From an uncultured Candidatus Saccharibacteria bacterium (GTDB lineage: Bacteria; Patescibacteriota; Minisyncoccia; UBA6257; WO2-44-18), in contig CAYJVO010000001.1 of NCBI GenBank assembly GCA_964373675.1, forward strand, positions 4,327-68,326: 64,000 bases of DNA, in the 5' to 3' direction. The notes under the pieces are model-generated. The model was not told where the DNA came from and searched no databases. It saw only the letters and a list, made by a program, of their open reading frames with translations. This document shows positions 29,101-36,279 of this stretch, piece after piece. Position numbers and translations under genes: made by a program. Within the stretch, counting starts at the first letter, position 1; every line of letters begins with the position of its first letter.

Positions 29101-29499
29101 GTGATAAAGTTTCCTAAAAACACAAAAGAATATCACTGGACCCAGCATATTAAAAATAAGATGCTTTTTTACCGCCTTTCGGAGCAAAAAATCCGGTCAA
29201 TTTTAAAATCCTACGACCGCAAAGAAGGGGGGATCGCGGCCAACACAATGGCAGTTATGAAACGCAACGATACGCCAAAACGACAGGAGGAAATTTGGCT
29301 CATGTACGCCATTAGTGGAATGGGTAATGCGACAAGTAAAACGGCTAAACCGATTCGTCCGTTTAACATGTCGCGTTCTGCATTTAACAAACTAACCATG
29401 ATTAGCGCTTGGCGATATCCGGGGAAAAGCAAACCGGGGAAACTGATTCCCATACCGGACGATATTTTACAGGAAATTAAAGATGTTTGGTTCGTTTAG
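29101..29499 (+). CDS. Hypothetical protein
   Basis: 132 aa, GTG start immediately after the TGTCATAGTCA motif. Basic, with no recognisable domain. Confidence 0.4.
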   Translation: MIKFPKNTKEYHWTQHIKNKMLFYRLSEQKIRSILKSYDRKEGGIAANTMAVMKRNDTPKRQEEIWLMYAISGMGNATSKTAKPIRPFNMSRSAFNKLTMISAWRYPGKSKPGKLIPIPDDILQEIKDVWFV

Positions 29500-29540
29500 T
29501 TTCTTATGCTAAAGTTATATTGGTTCTTTAGAAGTAAAAT

Positions 29541-30479
29541 ATGAAACTGCCGTTGCCGGAAGTGAAGTACCTTTTGCGACAATCTTTTTGCAAGGATACC
29601 AGTTTCACGCCAGACAAATGGGCGCCCGAGAATCCGACCTACGGTCATTGCGCGGTTGCAGTTCTTATTGCGCAAGATATTTTAGGAGGCGAAATTCGCC
29701 GCGGACTTTTGCCTAAAGAGTGGGCGGAAAAGCTCGGATACCGGTCGCATTATTGGAATGTCGGACTAGAAGCAAAGCCTAACTATTTTGATATTACCGC
29801 GGAGCAATTCCCCAAAGATTTTCCTTATGACGATTTTATTAATGGAATGTTTGAAGAAAACCCCGATCTTGCCGACAAGCGTGAGTACCTATTGTCCAAT
29901 CCTGAAACTAAGAAGCGCTATAAAATACTAAAAGAGCGGTTCGAGGCAACGCTTCGTTCCAATCCATTGTATCTGGACGAAAAGTTTCAGCTTTGCTGGG
30001 AAACGGCTTTTGCCGGCGGACCGCGCTGCAAGAAAATGGTCTTTGCTTGTCTCGTTTATGATGGCAATCGGCTGATCTCGTGGGAAGTCAATCGGCTGAT
30101 GACCGAACGGTTCGGCCAGCCGCGATTCTGCGCCATTGATGGCTCGGAGTGCATCCGGGTGAATATCCAAAGCCGAATGGACGCGACGGTTGGTGATTGC
30201 GGACATGCCCCGGTTTGGTCGCTGGCCAGAGTTTTCGAACTCGGTTACAAACCGGGCGATCTCCCGAAACTCGACTTCTACGAAGCCGGTTTCCGCCCGG
30301 ACGGATCTCCTTGGTGGCGAAATGAACCCAGCTACTCCTGCACTTATTGTCAGAATATATTTGCGATTTTCGGACTCGACAAGATTTGGGGCACTTGCTA
30401 CAACCAGTGGATGCCTCTCCGGACGCAAGACTCTTTTTATTCCTCCGGCAAATACGCCCTTGGGGAAAAGAAAGTTTAG
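29541..30479 (+). CDS. Cys/His-rich hypothetical protein; C-terminal half weakly deaminase-fold-like
   Basis: 312 aa. GC visibly higher than neighbours, and long shadow ORFs lie on both strands. The C-terminal segment ACLVYDGNRLISWEVN...CGHAPVW...SCTYCQNIFAIFG resembles the CDA-fold layout (H-A-x ... C-x2-C) but has Pro where the catalytic Glu would be. Confidence 0.55.
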   Translation: MKLPLPEVKYLLRQSFCKDTSFTPDKWAPENPTYGHCAVAVLIAQDILGGEIRRGLLPKEWAEKLGYRSHYWNVGLEAKPNYFDITAEQFPKDFPYDDFINGMFEENPDLADKREYLLSNPETKKRYKILKERFEATLRSNPLYLDEKFQLCWETAFAGGPRCKKMVFACLVYDGNRLISWEVNRLMTERFGQPRFCAIDGSECIRVNIQSRMDATVGDCGHAPVWSLARVFELGYKPGDLPKLDFYEAGFRPDGSPWWRNEPSYSCTYCQNIFAIFGLDKIWGTCYNQWMPLRTQDSFYSSGKYALGEKKV

Positions 30480-30492
30480 AGAAAAAGACCCG

Positions 30493-31608
30493 CTAAACGG
30501 GTCTTTTTGCTAAATCATAATTTCTCCAGCCGGGTTCTCCGGTAATTTCGCGTACTTCGCCAAGCCAATCAGGAATTTCTACCCGATCGTTTTCTTTTGT
30601 AAGCTCCACTTCCAAAAGCATTAGTCCCCAACAATGATACGGCTCCAGGAATAAATCCAGTTCAAAATACTGGTTTTTCCAGATAAAACAGCATCTTTCT
30701 TTGTGGATTGTTTTCCGTTCGGGGTCCCTCTGCGATAAAAGTTCATAATATCGCTGGGCGCTGATTTGAGTTTCCCGCTCTTCCCGCGCTTTTGCTGAAG
30801 CCGACGGTATTTTAAAAGTCTGGTAATAATCTGCCGCTTCGCCTTGCTTTCGCTTTCTGATCCTGCCAGCGGTTGCCCCGCCGTCTTTGCTAACAAGATA
30901 CGCCTGATCAATGTTTAACCGTTGATAAGGAACCGGCAGTTTTTGAATACTGAATCCTTTTACTAAAAACTTTCTTTTAATTTCCAGCGAAACTGGCATG
31001 CCGATGGATTTTTGCGCCGCTCTTATCAACCGCTTCATTTTTTCTTCAAACAAGAAGGAATTATCAATAATTACCAGGTGCGGATGACCGACCCAGGCTT
31101 CCTGGGTGCGCTTATCGGTCTTACGCGCCTCTTCCGGAGTTTCATAGCGAGTAGGATTATCTAAATTATAAAATTTTTCTTTGCCATCAGCAGCCGTTAC
31201 TAAATGAAAAACCGCCTCATAACGCTTATCCCTCAAACCCACTAAACTCCAGTGATTTTTATTCAGCAGTAGCTCAAATTCTTCGGGACGCAAATAAGCA
31301 GCCATGTCCATACAACCGCGATCCATCAATAAAACCTGCTTTTTCCCACCTTTAGCACGGAGTAAATTACCGTAATGCCGCTCGTCGGACATCTGCTTTT
31401 TAATAATAGTTTCTTCAAACTTCAAATAATCCCGGCGTGAAACCCGCCGCAAAAGCTCTTGCGGCCCTATACCGCCATTAATAATTTGTGTAGCTACCTC
31501 GGGAACAACCACTACTGACAATCCATAATCGGAGAGTTTTTCATAAAGATAGTGAAGTCCAGTAGTCTTTCCAGAGCACGGCCCGCCAGTCAGGACTATT
31601 CGCTTCAT
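30493..31608 (-). CDS. P-loop NTPase (AAA_28/NadR-kinase-like) fused to a C-terminal CYTH (triphosphate tunnel metalloenzyme) domain
   Basis: N-terminal Walker A IVLTGGPCSGKTT...VVVVPEVATQII and Walker B LLMDRG. C-terminal LEIKRKFLV ... LLEVELTKENDRVEIPDWLGEVREITGEPGWRNYDLAK matches the CYTH N-terminal signature (ExExK-like) and C-terminal signature (EhEh...P.W.G.EVT..P.Y.N..LA). Confidence 0.7.
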   Translation of the reverse strand: MKRIVLTGGPCSGKTTGLHYLYEKLSDYGLSVVVVPEVATQIINGGIGPQELLRRVSRRDYLKFEETIIKKQMSDERHYGNLLRAKGGKKQVLLMDRGCMDMAAYLRPEEFELLLNKNHWSLVGLRDKRYEAVFHLVTAADGKEKFYNLDNPTRYETPEEARKTDKRTQEAWVGHPHLVIIDNSFLFEEKMKRLIRAAQKSIGMPVSLEIKRKFLVKGFSIQKLPVPYQRLNIDQAYLVSKDGGATAGRIRKRKQGEAADYYQTFKIPSASAKAREERETQISAQRYYELLSQRDPERKTIHKERCCFIWKNQYFELDLFLEPYHCWGLMLLEVELTKENDRVEIPDWLGEVREITGEPGWRNYDLAKRPV

Positions 31609-31713
31609 TAATTAACTGTCAAAAGACTATAACCATTATATATTGACCTCTCTCCACCGTCCAAATTTATTTAAAAATCTGCTATACTGGAAGCAGTTCC
31701 TTTGAAGTGTTAA

Positions 31714-32001
31714 ATGGCGTTTAAAAAGGAATGCTTGATAGAAAAAGCTACAGAAGTAGAGATATTGGACGCGCTTCGTAAAGCAGGCCATCCGTTGGAT
31801 AGACACGAATTTTTTTTACACATTTTTCTTAATAGATGCGAACTTATTGGCTACGATGGCAGTAATATAGAAAGATCGGTGACTCTTTTGGAATTTTACG
31901 ATAAATGCATAGCGGGGAATGTATTACAGACAGTATGGGCTATGATTGACCAAGGGAAAATCTGCTTAAACTTTGATAGAAAATTGGAATTGCCCAAATA
32001 A
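31714..32001 (+). CDS. Hypothetical protein
   Basis: 95 aa with no recognisable domain. Followed directly by family A copy 3. Confidence 0.4.
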   Translation: MAFKKECLIEKATEVEILDALRKAGHPLDRHEFFLHIFLNRCELIGYDGSNIERSVTLLEFYDKCIAGNVLQTVWAMIDQGKICLNFDRKLELPK

Positions 32002-32014
32002 CATTGGGCTTTTT

Positions 32015-32105
32015 TATTCTCCTTCGCCGAAAACCCCGGGCGGCCTACTCCGCCGTAGTAGCCTACGGCTACGAAGGCTGGATAAGACCGTGGAGCTTCA
32101 TTTCC
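32015..32105 (+). repeat. Family A element, copy 3
   Basis: Carries the CCGTAG/CTACGG and GTAGCC/GGCTAC variants, which are compensatory relative to copies 1 and 2. Confidence 0.6.
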
Positions 32106-32131
32106 AACTGCTATCCCGCGGGATAGCAGTT
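32106..32131. repeat. Family D 'CTGCTATC' hairpin, copy D1
   Basis: AACTGCTATCC-CGCG-GGATAGCAGTT perfect hairpin. The same stem sequence recurs in D2 and D3. Confidence 0.6.
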
Positions 32132-32223
32132 TCGGGCTACTGAATTATTCATTAAAGTAAAATTTACCCGCCCCCTAAGACGGTTTTTTGTTTTTCAAAA
32201 AGAAAAACCGGAAATGTTCGCAC

Positions 32224-32275
32224 TTTGACGCGTCAAAACACTGCTATCATGCGTGATAGCAGTGTTTCTTTTACG
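32224..32275 (+). repeat. Family D composite: TTGACGCGTCAA palindrome plus CACTGCTATCA hairpin (D2), terminator-like
   Basis: TTTGACGCGTCAAAACACTGCTATCA-TGCGT-GATAGCAGTGTT then TCTTTTAC. Near-exact inverted copy at 36231-36279. Confidence 0.65.
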
Positions 32276-32464
32276 TGTGGAAGAGATACAAATTGAAAGA
32301 TACTGGCATTAACTCTTCTACGATTATTGTTTTCCCCCAAAAGCCAAGCGTTAACGGCTTTACTCAAATTGACTAAGCGCCGTACAAATTAGGCGCAATT
32401 TGGTTTCTTTTATTAAAGACATCCGTTCTCTGGTAGTGTCAAATTCGCGGTTTTTTATTTACTT

Positions 32465-32496
32465 TTGTCATCGTCATTGTTATAGTCATGGTCATG
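32465..32496 (+). repeat. Family E 'TGTCAT(C/A)GT..ATAGTCAT' motif abutting a start codon
   Basis: TTGTCATCGTCATTGTTATAGTCATGGTCATG, with the ychF ATG inside it. Related copies at 29066-29098 (before the GTG at 29101) and 46145-46174 (before rplR, opposite orientation). Confidence 0.4.
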
Positions 32497-33504
32497 AAAT
32501 TATCCATCGGCATCGTCGGGCTGCCGAACGTCGGCAAGTCCACCCTGTTCAAAATCCTCACTAAAAACGAGGTGAATATCGCTAATTATCCGTTTTGCAC
32601 CATTGATCCGAATGTGGGTATCGTGACTGTTCCAGATGAACGGCTACAGAAACTCGCGGCCATGAGCAAATCCGCCAAGATCATTCCGGCCGTGGTGGAA
32701 TTTTATGATATTGCCGGCCTAGTTAAAGGCGCTTACAAAGGCGAGGGGTTGGGAAATCAATTTTTGTCTCATATTCGCGAAACCCAGGCGATCGTGATGG
32801 TTCTCCGCTGTTTTGGAGGAGAAGAAATTATCCACGTGGAAAATTCCGTGGACCCAATCCGCGATATGGATATCATCAACGCCGAATTAGCGCTGAAAGA
32901 CCTGGATACTATTGAAAAAGTTTGGAAAAAAGCGGAAGGAGAAGCGAAAACCGGAAACAAACAATCGCAAAAGGATCTGGAAGCGCTTAAGCTCGCGAAA
33001 GCCGCCCTAGAACAAGGAAAAAACCTAACCGAGAAAAATCATTCTGACATTCTTGAGAATGTAAGAATGAAAGAACTCAATCTTTTAATGTCTAAAAAAC
33101 AGCTGTATTTACTGAACGGCAAGCCAGAAGATGTTTCCGAAGAATTAAAAAAGAAAATCGCCGAACGGGGGGGGGATTATATTGTTGTAGACTTATCAGC
33201 TGCCGTGGATATTCCGGAATTGGTAAAAAAAGCGTACGAAATTCTAGATTTAATCAGCTTTTTCACCACCGGCGAGGACGAAACCCGCGCTTGGACTATC
33301 AAGCGGGGGACTAAGGCGCCGCAAGCCGCCGGTGTCATCCACACTGATTTTGAAAAAAAGTTCATTCGTGCTGAAACGGTAAATTGGCAAAAATTGTTGG
33401 AAACCGGCTCTTGGTCCGCCGCCAGGCAAAAAGGATTATTGCGCCAAGAGGGAAAAGAATACATCGTCCAAGACGGCGATGTAATAGAGGTTAAACACGG
33501 GTAA
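32488..33504 (+). CDS. ychF: Ribosome-binding ATPase YchF (Obg-like ATPase)
   Basis: G1 GLPNVGKST, NYPFCTIDPN, DIAGLVKGA, a C-terminal TGS domain, and AWTI..G..APQAAG.IHTDFE.GFIRAE. Confidence 0.9.
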   Translation: MVMKLSIGIVGLPNVGKSTLFKILTKNEVNIANYPFCTIDPNVGIVTVPDERLQKLAAMSKSAKIIPAVVEFYDIAGLVKGAYKGEGLGNQFLSHIRETQAIVMVLRCFGGEEIIHVENSVDPIRDMDIINAELALKDLDTIEKVWKKAEGEAKTGNKQSQKDLEALKLAKAALEQGKNLTEKNHSDILENVRMKELNLLMSKKQLYLLNGKPEDVSEELKKKIAERGGDYIVVDLSAAVDIPELVKKAYEILDLISFFTTGEDETRAWTIKRGTKAPQAAGVIHTDFEKKFIRAETVNWQKLLETGSWSAARQKGLLRQEGKEYIVQDGDVIEVKHG

Positions 33505-33534
33505 TTGGTTTTTAAAATGTTATAATAATTTATT

Positions 33535-33942
33535 ATGGCGGAAGTGAAAAGCCCCGAACAAAAACATTCTGCTTTAGAACGGGAAATTCAAATCCTCTCG
33601 GCCGAATTAAAAACTCTTAAACCTGAAACGGAAGCGGAAAAAGAAGCGCTGAAATCGCTTTTAAAAAGCCGAATTTATGGCTCCGCAACTCCCTCAATAC
33701 CAGGGGTACTTAAAAAAACCGAAGTTAAAGACAGACCAAAAATTCTTCCCGAATATTTAGAAACCGCCCCTAAAGACATCAAATTAGAAGTTGAAAAACT
33801 GCTGGATCTTGCTTGGCATAAAGGCATCGCTGCTGCTGCCCAAGAAGCGAAAAAAAACGAACCCTTAATAATTGATGGTTTTCATGATGCTCTTACTGAC
33901 AAACTTTACGAAGAATTCAAAAAGCGAAAACTGATTAAATGA
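33535..33942 (+). CDS. Hypothetical coiled-coil protein
   Basis: 135 aa, K/E-rich. The stop overlaps the start of the downstream coupling-ATPase gene, indicating translational coupling. Confidence 0.45.
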   Translation: MAEVKSPEQKHSALEREIQILSAELKTLKPETEAEKEALKSLLKSRIYGSATPSIPGVLKKTEVKDRPKILPEYLETAPKDIKLEVEKLLDLAWHKGIAAAAQEAKKNEPLIIDGFHDALTDKLYEEFKKRKLIK

Positions 33943-36218
33943 GCGTTTTGATTATTGGGTATCTAGCCGTAATTATTCTGGCAATCGGGGCCGCGGTATT
34001 TTTTATTCGCCGCTGGGCCTTACGAAAAACTTTTTTAGCGACCTTAAATTTAAAACTGCTCTTAATTCGTCTGTCAAAAAAACCCTTACCAGCGGGCGCA
34101 ACTGCCGAGGAACCGCTAAAAGAAATTAATGTTTCTGGCCAGCTATTCAGCATTTTAGCCGGCTCTAAAATACCGGTCGCTTTTGAATTAGCTGTTCATA
34201 ATGTTGGCGAGGAAATCCATTTTTATGCGGCAGTGCCGGTTAACGCGATTGAATTTGTCAAAAGACAAATTCAAGGATTCTGGCCGGATGCGCAGGTAGA
34301 GTTAAGCGATGATTACACGATTTTTAATTCTGCCGGCGCAATAGAGGCCGTGTATCTTAAACAAAAACGGGAATATTTTCTGCCGGTCCGCACTTACGCC
34401 GAAGCGCAAATAGACACTTTTCTGCCGATTTTAAGCGATTTTTCCAAACTGCAGACAATTAGCGAAGGATTGGCAATTCAAGTCATTATTAAGCCGGCGC
34501 CTTCATCGGTTAAAAAAGCGTTCATTGCTCATATTATCAACCTTAAAAAAAAGCAGGAAAAAGAACCTTCGCCGGAGGACGCGGAAAATATTAAATTATC
34601 CGAACAAAAAATTTCCAAACCGCTATTTTCAGCCAATTATCGCATTATTGCCTCTGCGCCTATACCGCTTAGAGCTCGGGAAATTCTGGATGGCGCGCTG
34701 ACTTCTCTGGTTCAATTTAGCGCGCCGCTCCGCAACGAATTTAAAGCCATTAGAGTCAAAAATCCCAAAAACCTGATAGCCAAATTTGTTTTTCGGCAAT
34801 TTGATGATCGCGAAACGATGATTTTAGGACTGGATGAACTGGTCAGCATCTTTCATTTGCCGACTTCTGCTACCGAAGTACCGCGTATTACGTGGGTAAA
34901 AGCGAGAGAGGCTCCTGCGCCGGCCGACCTGCCCAAATCAGGGGTTTTAATCGGGGAAAATATTTTCCGCGGCGATGCCAAACCGGTACGTATTGACGAC
35001 GATGATCGCCGCCGTCATGTCTATATCGTCGGTCAAACCGGCACCGGCAAGTCCAACCTTTTAATTAATATGGCCGCCAACGATATTGAAGCCGGAAAGG
35101 GGGTGGCGATTATTGATCCTCATGGCGATTTGATTGATTATCTAATCGGTCTCATTCCAGTTGACCGGAGAAACGATGTAATCTTGTTTGATCCCGGCGA
35201 TCTTCTGCGTCCCATCGGGCTTAATATGCTGGAATACAGCCCCGATCGGCCGGAGGAAAAAACCTTTATTGTCAATGAAATGCAGAGTATTTTTAACAAA
35301 CTCTTCTTGGCTGAAACGATGGGACCGATGTTTGAACAGTATATGCGCAATGCTCTTGTTCTCCTTATGGATGATATTACGCATCCAGCGACCTTGATGG
35401 AAGTGCCTCGTATATTTACCGATGCCGACTTTCGTCAAAGAAAACTCGCTCAAGCCACCAATCCGGCGGTGATAGATTTTTGGACTAAAGAAGCGCCCAA
35501 AGCCGGCGGTGAAGCGGCGCTTGCCAATATGACGCCTTATATTACTTCTAAGTTCAATAATTTTATTGCCAACGATTATGTCCGGCCGATCATTGGCCAA
35601 AAAAAATCATCTTTTAATTTCCGCCAAGTGATGGATGAAGGAAAAATCTTGCTGGTTAATCTTGTTAAAGGCAAAATAGGGGATATTAACGCCAATCTTT
35701 TAGGTATGATTGTTGTCGGTAAACTGCTGATGGCGGCACTCTCCCGCGTTGATCTGCCAGAAATTAAAAGACGCGACTTTAATTTGTATATTGATGAATT
35801 TCAAAACTTTACTACTGAATCCATTGCTACCATTCTTTCTGAAGCTCGCAAATACCGTCTTAATTTAGTCATTGCCCATCAATTTATCGCTCAACTCAGC
35901 GAAAAAATCCGCGATGCCGTTTTCGGCAATGTCGGCTCCAGTATTGCTTTTAGAATTGGCGCGGATGACGCAGAGTATTTAGATAAACAATTTGCGCCAG
36001 TTTTTTCCAAAGATGATTTGATAAATATTGATAACTTCAACGCTTATGTAAAGCTTTTGGTTGGCGGCAAAACCACTAAACCATTTAATATCCGTACTCT
36101 TCCGGCTCCAGTAGGGGATGAAGCTGTAAAACGAACTATCCGGGAATGGTCCAGTCAAACCTACGGCCGCGACCGACAGGAAGTAGAGACAGAGATTTTA
36201 ACCCGTTTGCGCACATAA
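33939..36218 (+). CDS. Type IV secretion/conjugation coupling-protein-like ATPase (TrwB/TraD/VirD4 family, TM-anchored)
   Basis: N-terminal TM (VLIIGYLAVIILAIGAAVFFI). Walker A HVYIVGQTGTGKSNLL...GVAIIDPHGDL...DVILFDPGD matches the TrwB_AAD_bind pattern. Walker B LYIDEFQNF is followed by AHQ. Confidence 0.7.
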   Translation: MSVLIIGYLAVIILAIGAAVFFIRRWALRKTFLATLNLKLLLIRLSKKPLPAGATAEEPLKEINVSGQLFSILAGSKIPVAFELAVHNVGEEIHFYAAVPVNAIEFVKRQIQGFWPDAQVELSDDYTIFNSAGAIEAVYLKQKREYFLPVRTYAEAQIDTFLPILSDFSKLQTISEGLAIQVIIKPAPSSVKKAFIAHIINLKKKQEKEPSPEDAENIKLSEQKISKPLFSANYRIIASAPIPLRAREILDGALTSLVQFSAPLRNEFKAIRVKNPKNLIAKFVFRQFDDRETMILGLDELVSIFHLPTSATEVPRITWVKAREAPAPADLPKSGVLIGENIFRGDAKPVRIDDDDRRRHVYIVGQTGTGKSNLLINMAANDIEAGKGVAIIDPHGDLIDYLIGLIPVDRRNDVILFDPGDLLRPIGLNMLEYSPDRPEEKTFIVNEMQSIFNKLFLAETMGPMFEQYMRNALVLLMDDITHPATLMEVPRIFTDADFRQRKLAQATNPAVIDFWTKEAPKAGGEAALANMTPYITSKFNNFIANDYVRPIIGQKKSSFNFRQVMDEGKILLVNLVKGKIGDINANLLGMIVVGKLLMAALSRVDLPEIKRRDFNLYIDEFQNFTTESIATILSEARKYRLNLVIAHQFIAQLSEKIRDAVFGNVGSSIAFRIGADDAEYLDKQFAPVFSKDDLINIDNFNAYVKLLVGGKTTKPFNIRTLPAPVGDEAVKRTIREWSSQTYGRDRQEVETEILTRLRT

Positions 36219-36230
36219 GACCCTTTTTTC

Positions 36231-36279
36231 CACTGCTATCATACATACTAGCAGTGTTTTGACGCGTCAAAACACTGCT
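36231..36279. repeat. Family D composite (D3), inverted relative to D2
   Basis: CACTGCTATCA-TACATAC-TAGCAGTG hairpin plus the perfect 30-bp palindrome AGCAGTGTTTTGACGCGTCAAAACACTGCT. The palindrome encodes the last 4 codons and stop of the downstream minus-strand gene. Confidence 0.65.

Noticed and set aside
29928-30513. ORFs 29928-30428 (-, 166 aa) and 30190-30513 (+, 107 aa)
   Set aside because: They lie inside the GC-elevated 29541-30479 CDS. Long antisense or alternate-frame ORFs are expected from its composition. The 312-aa frame has the coherent Cys/His motifs.
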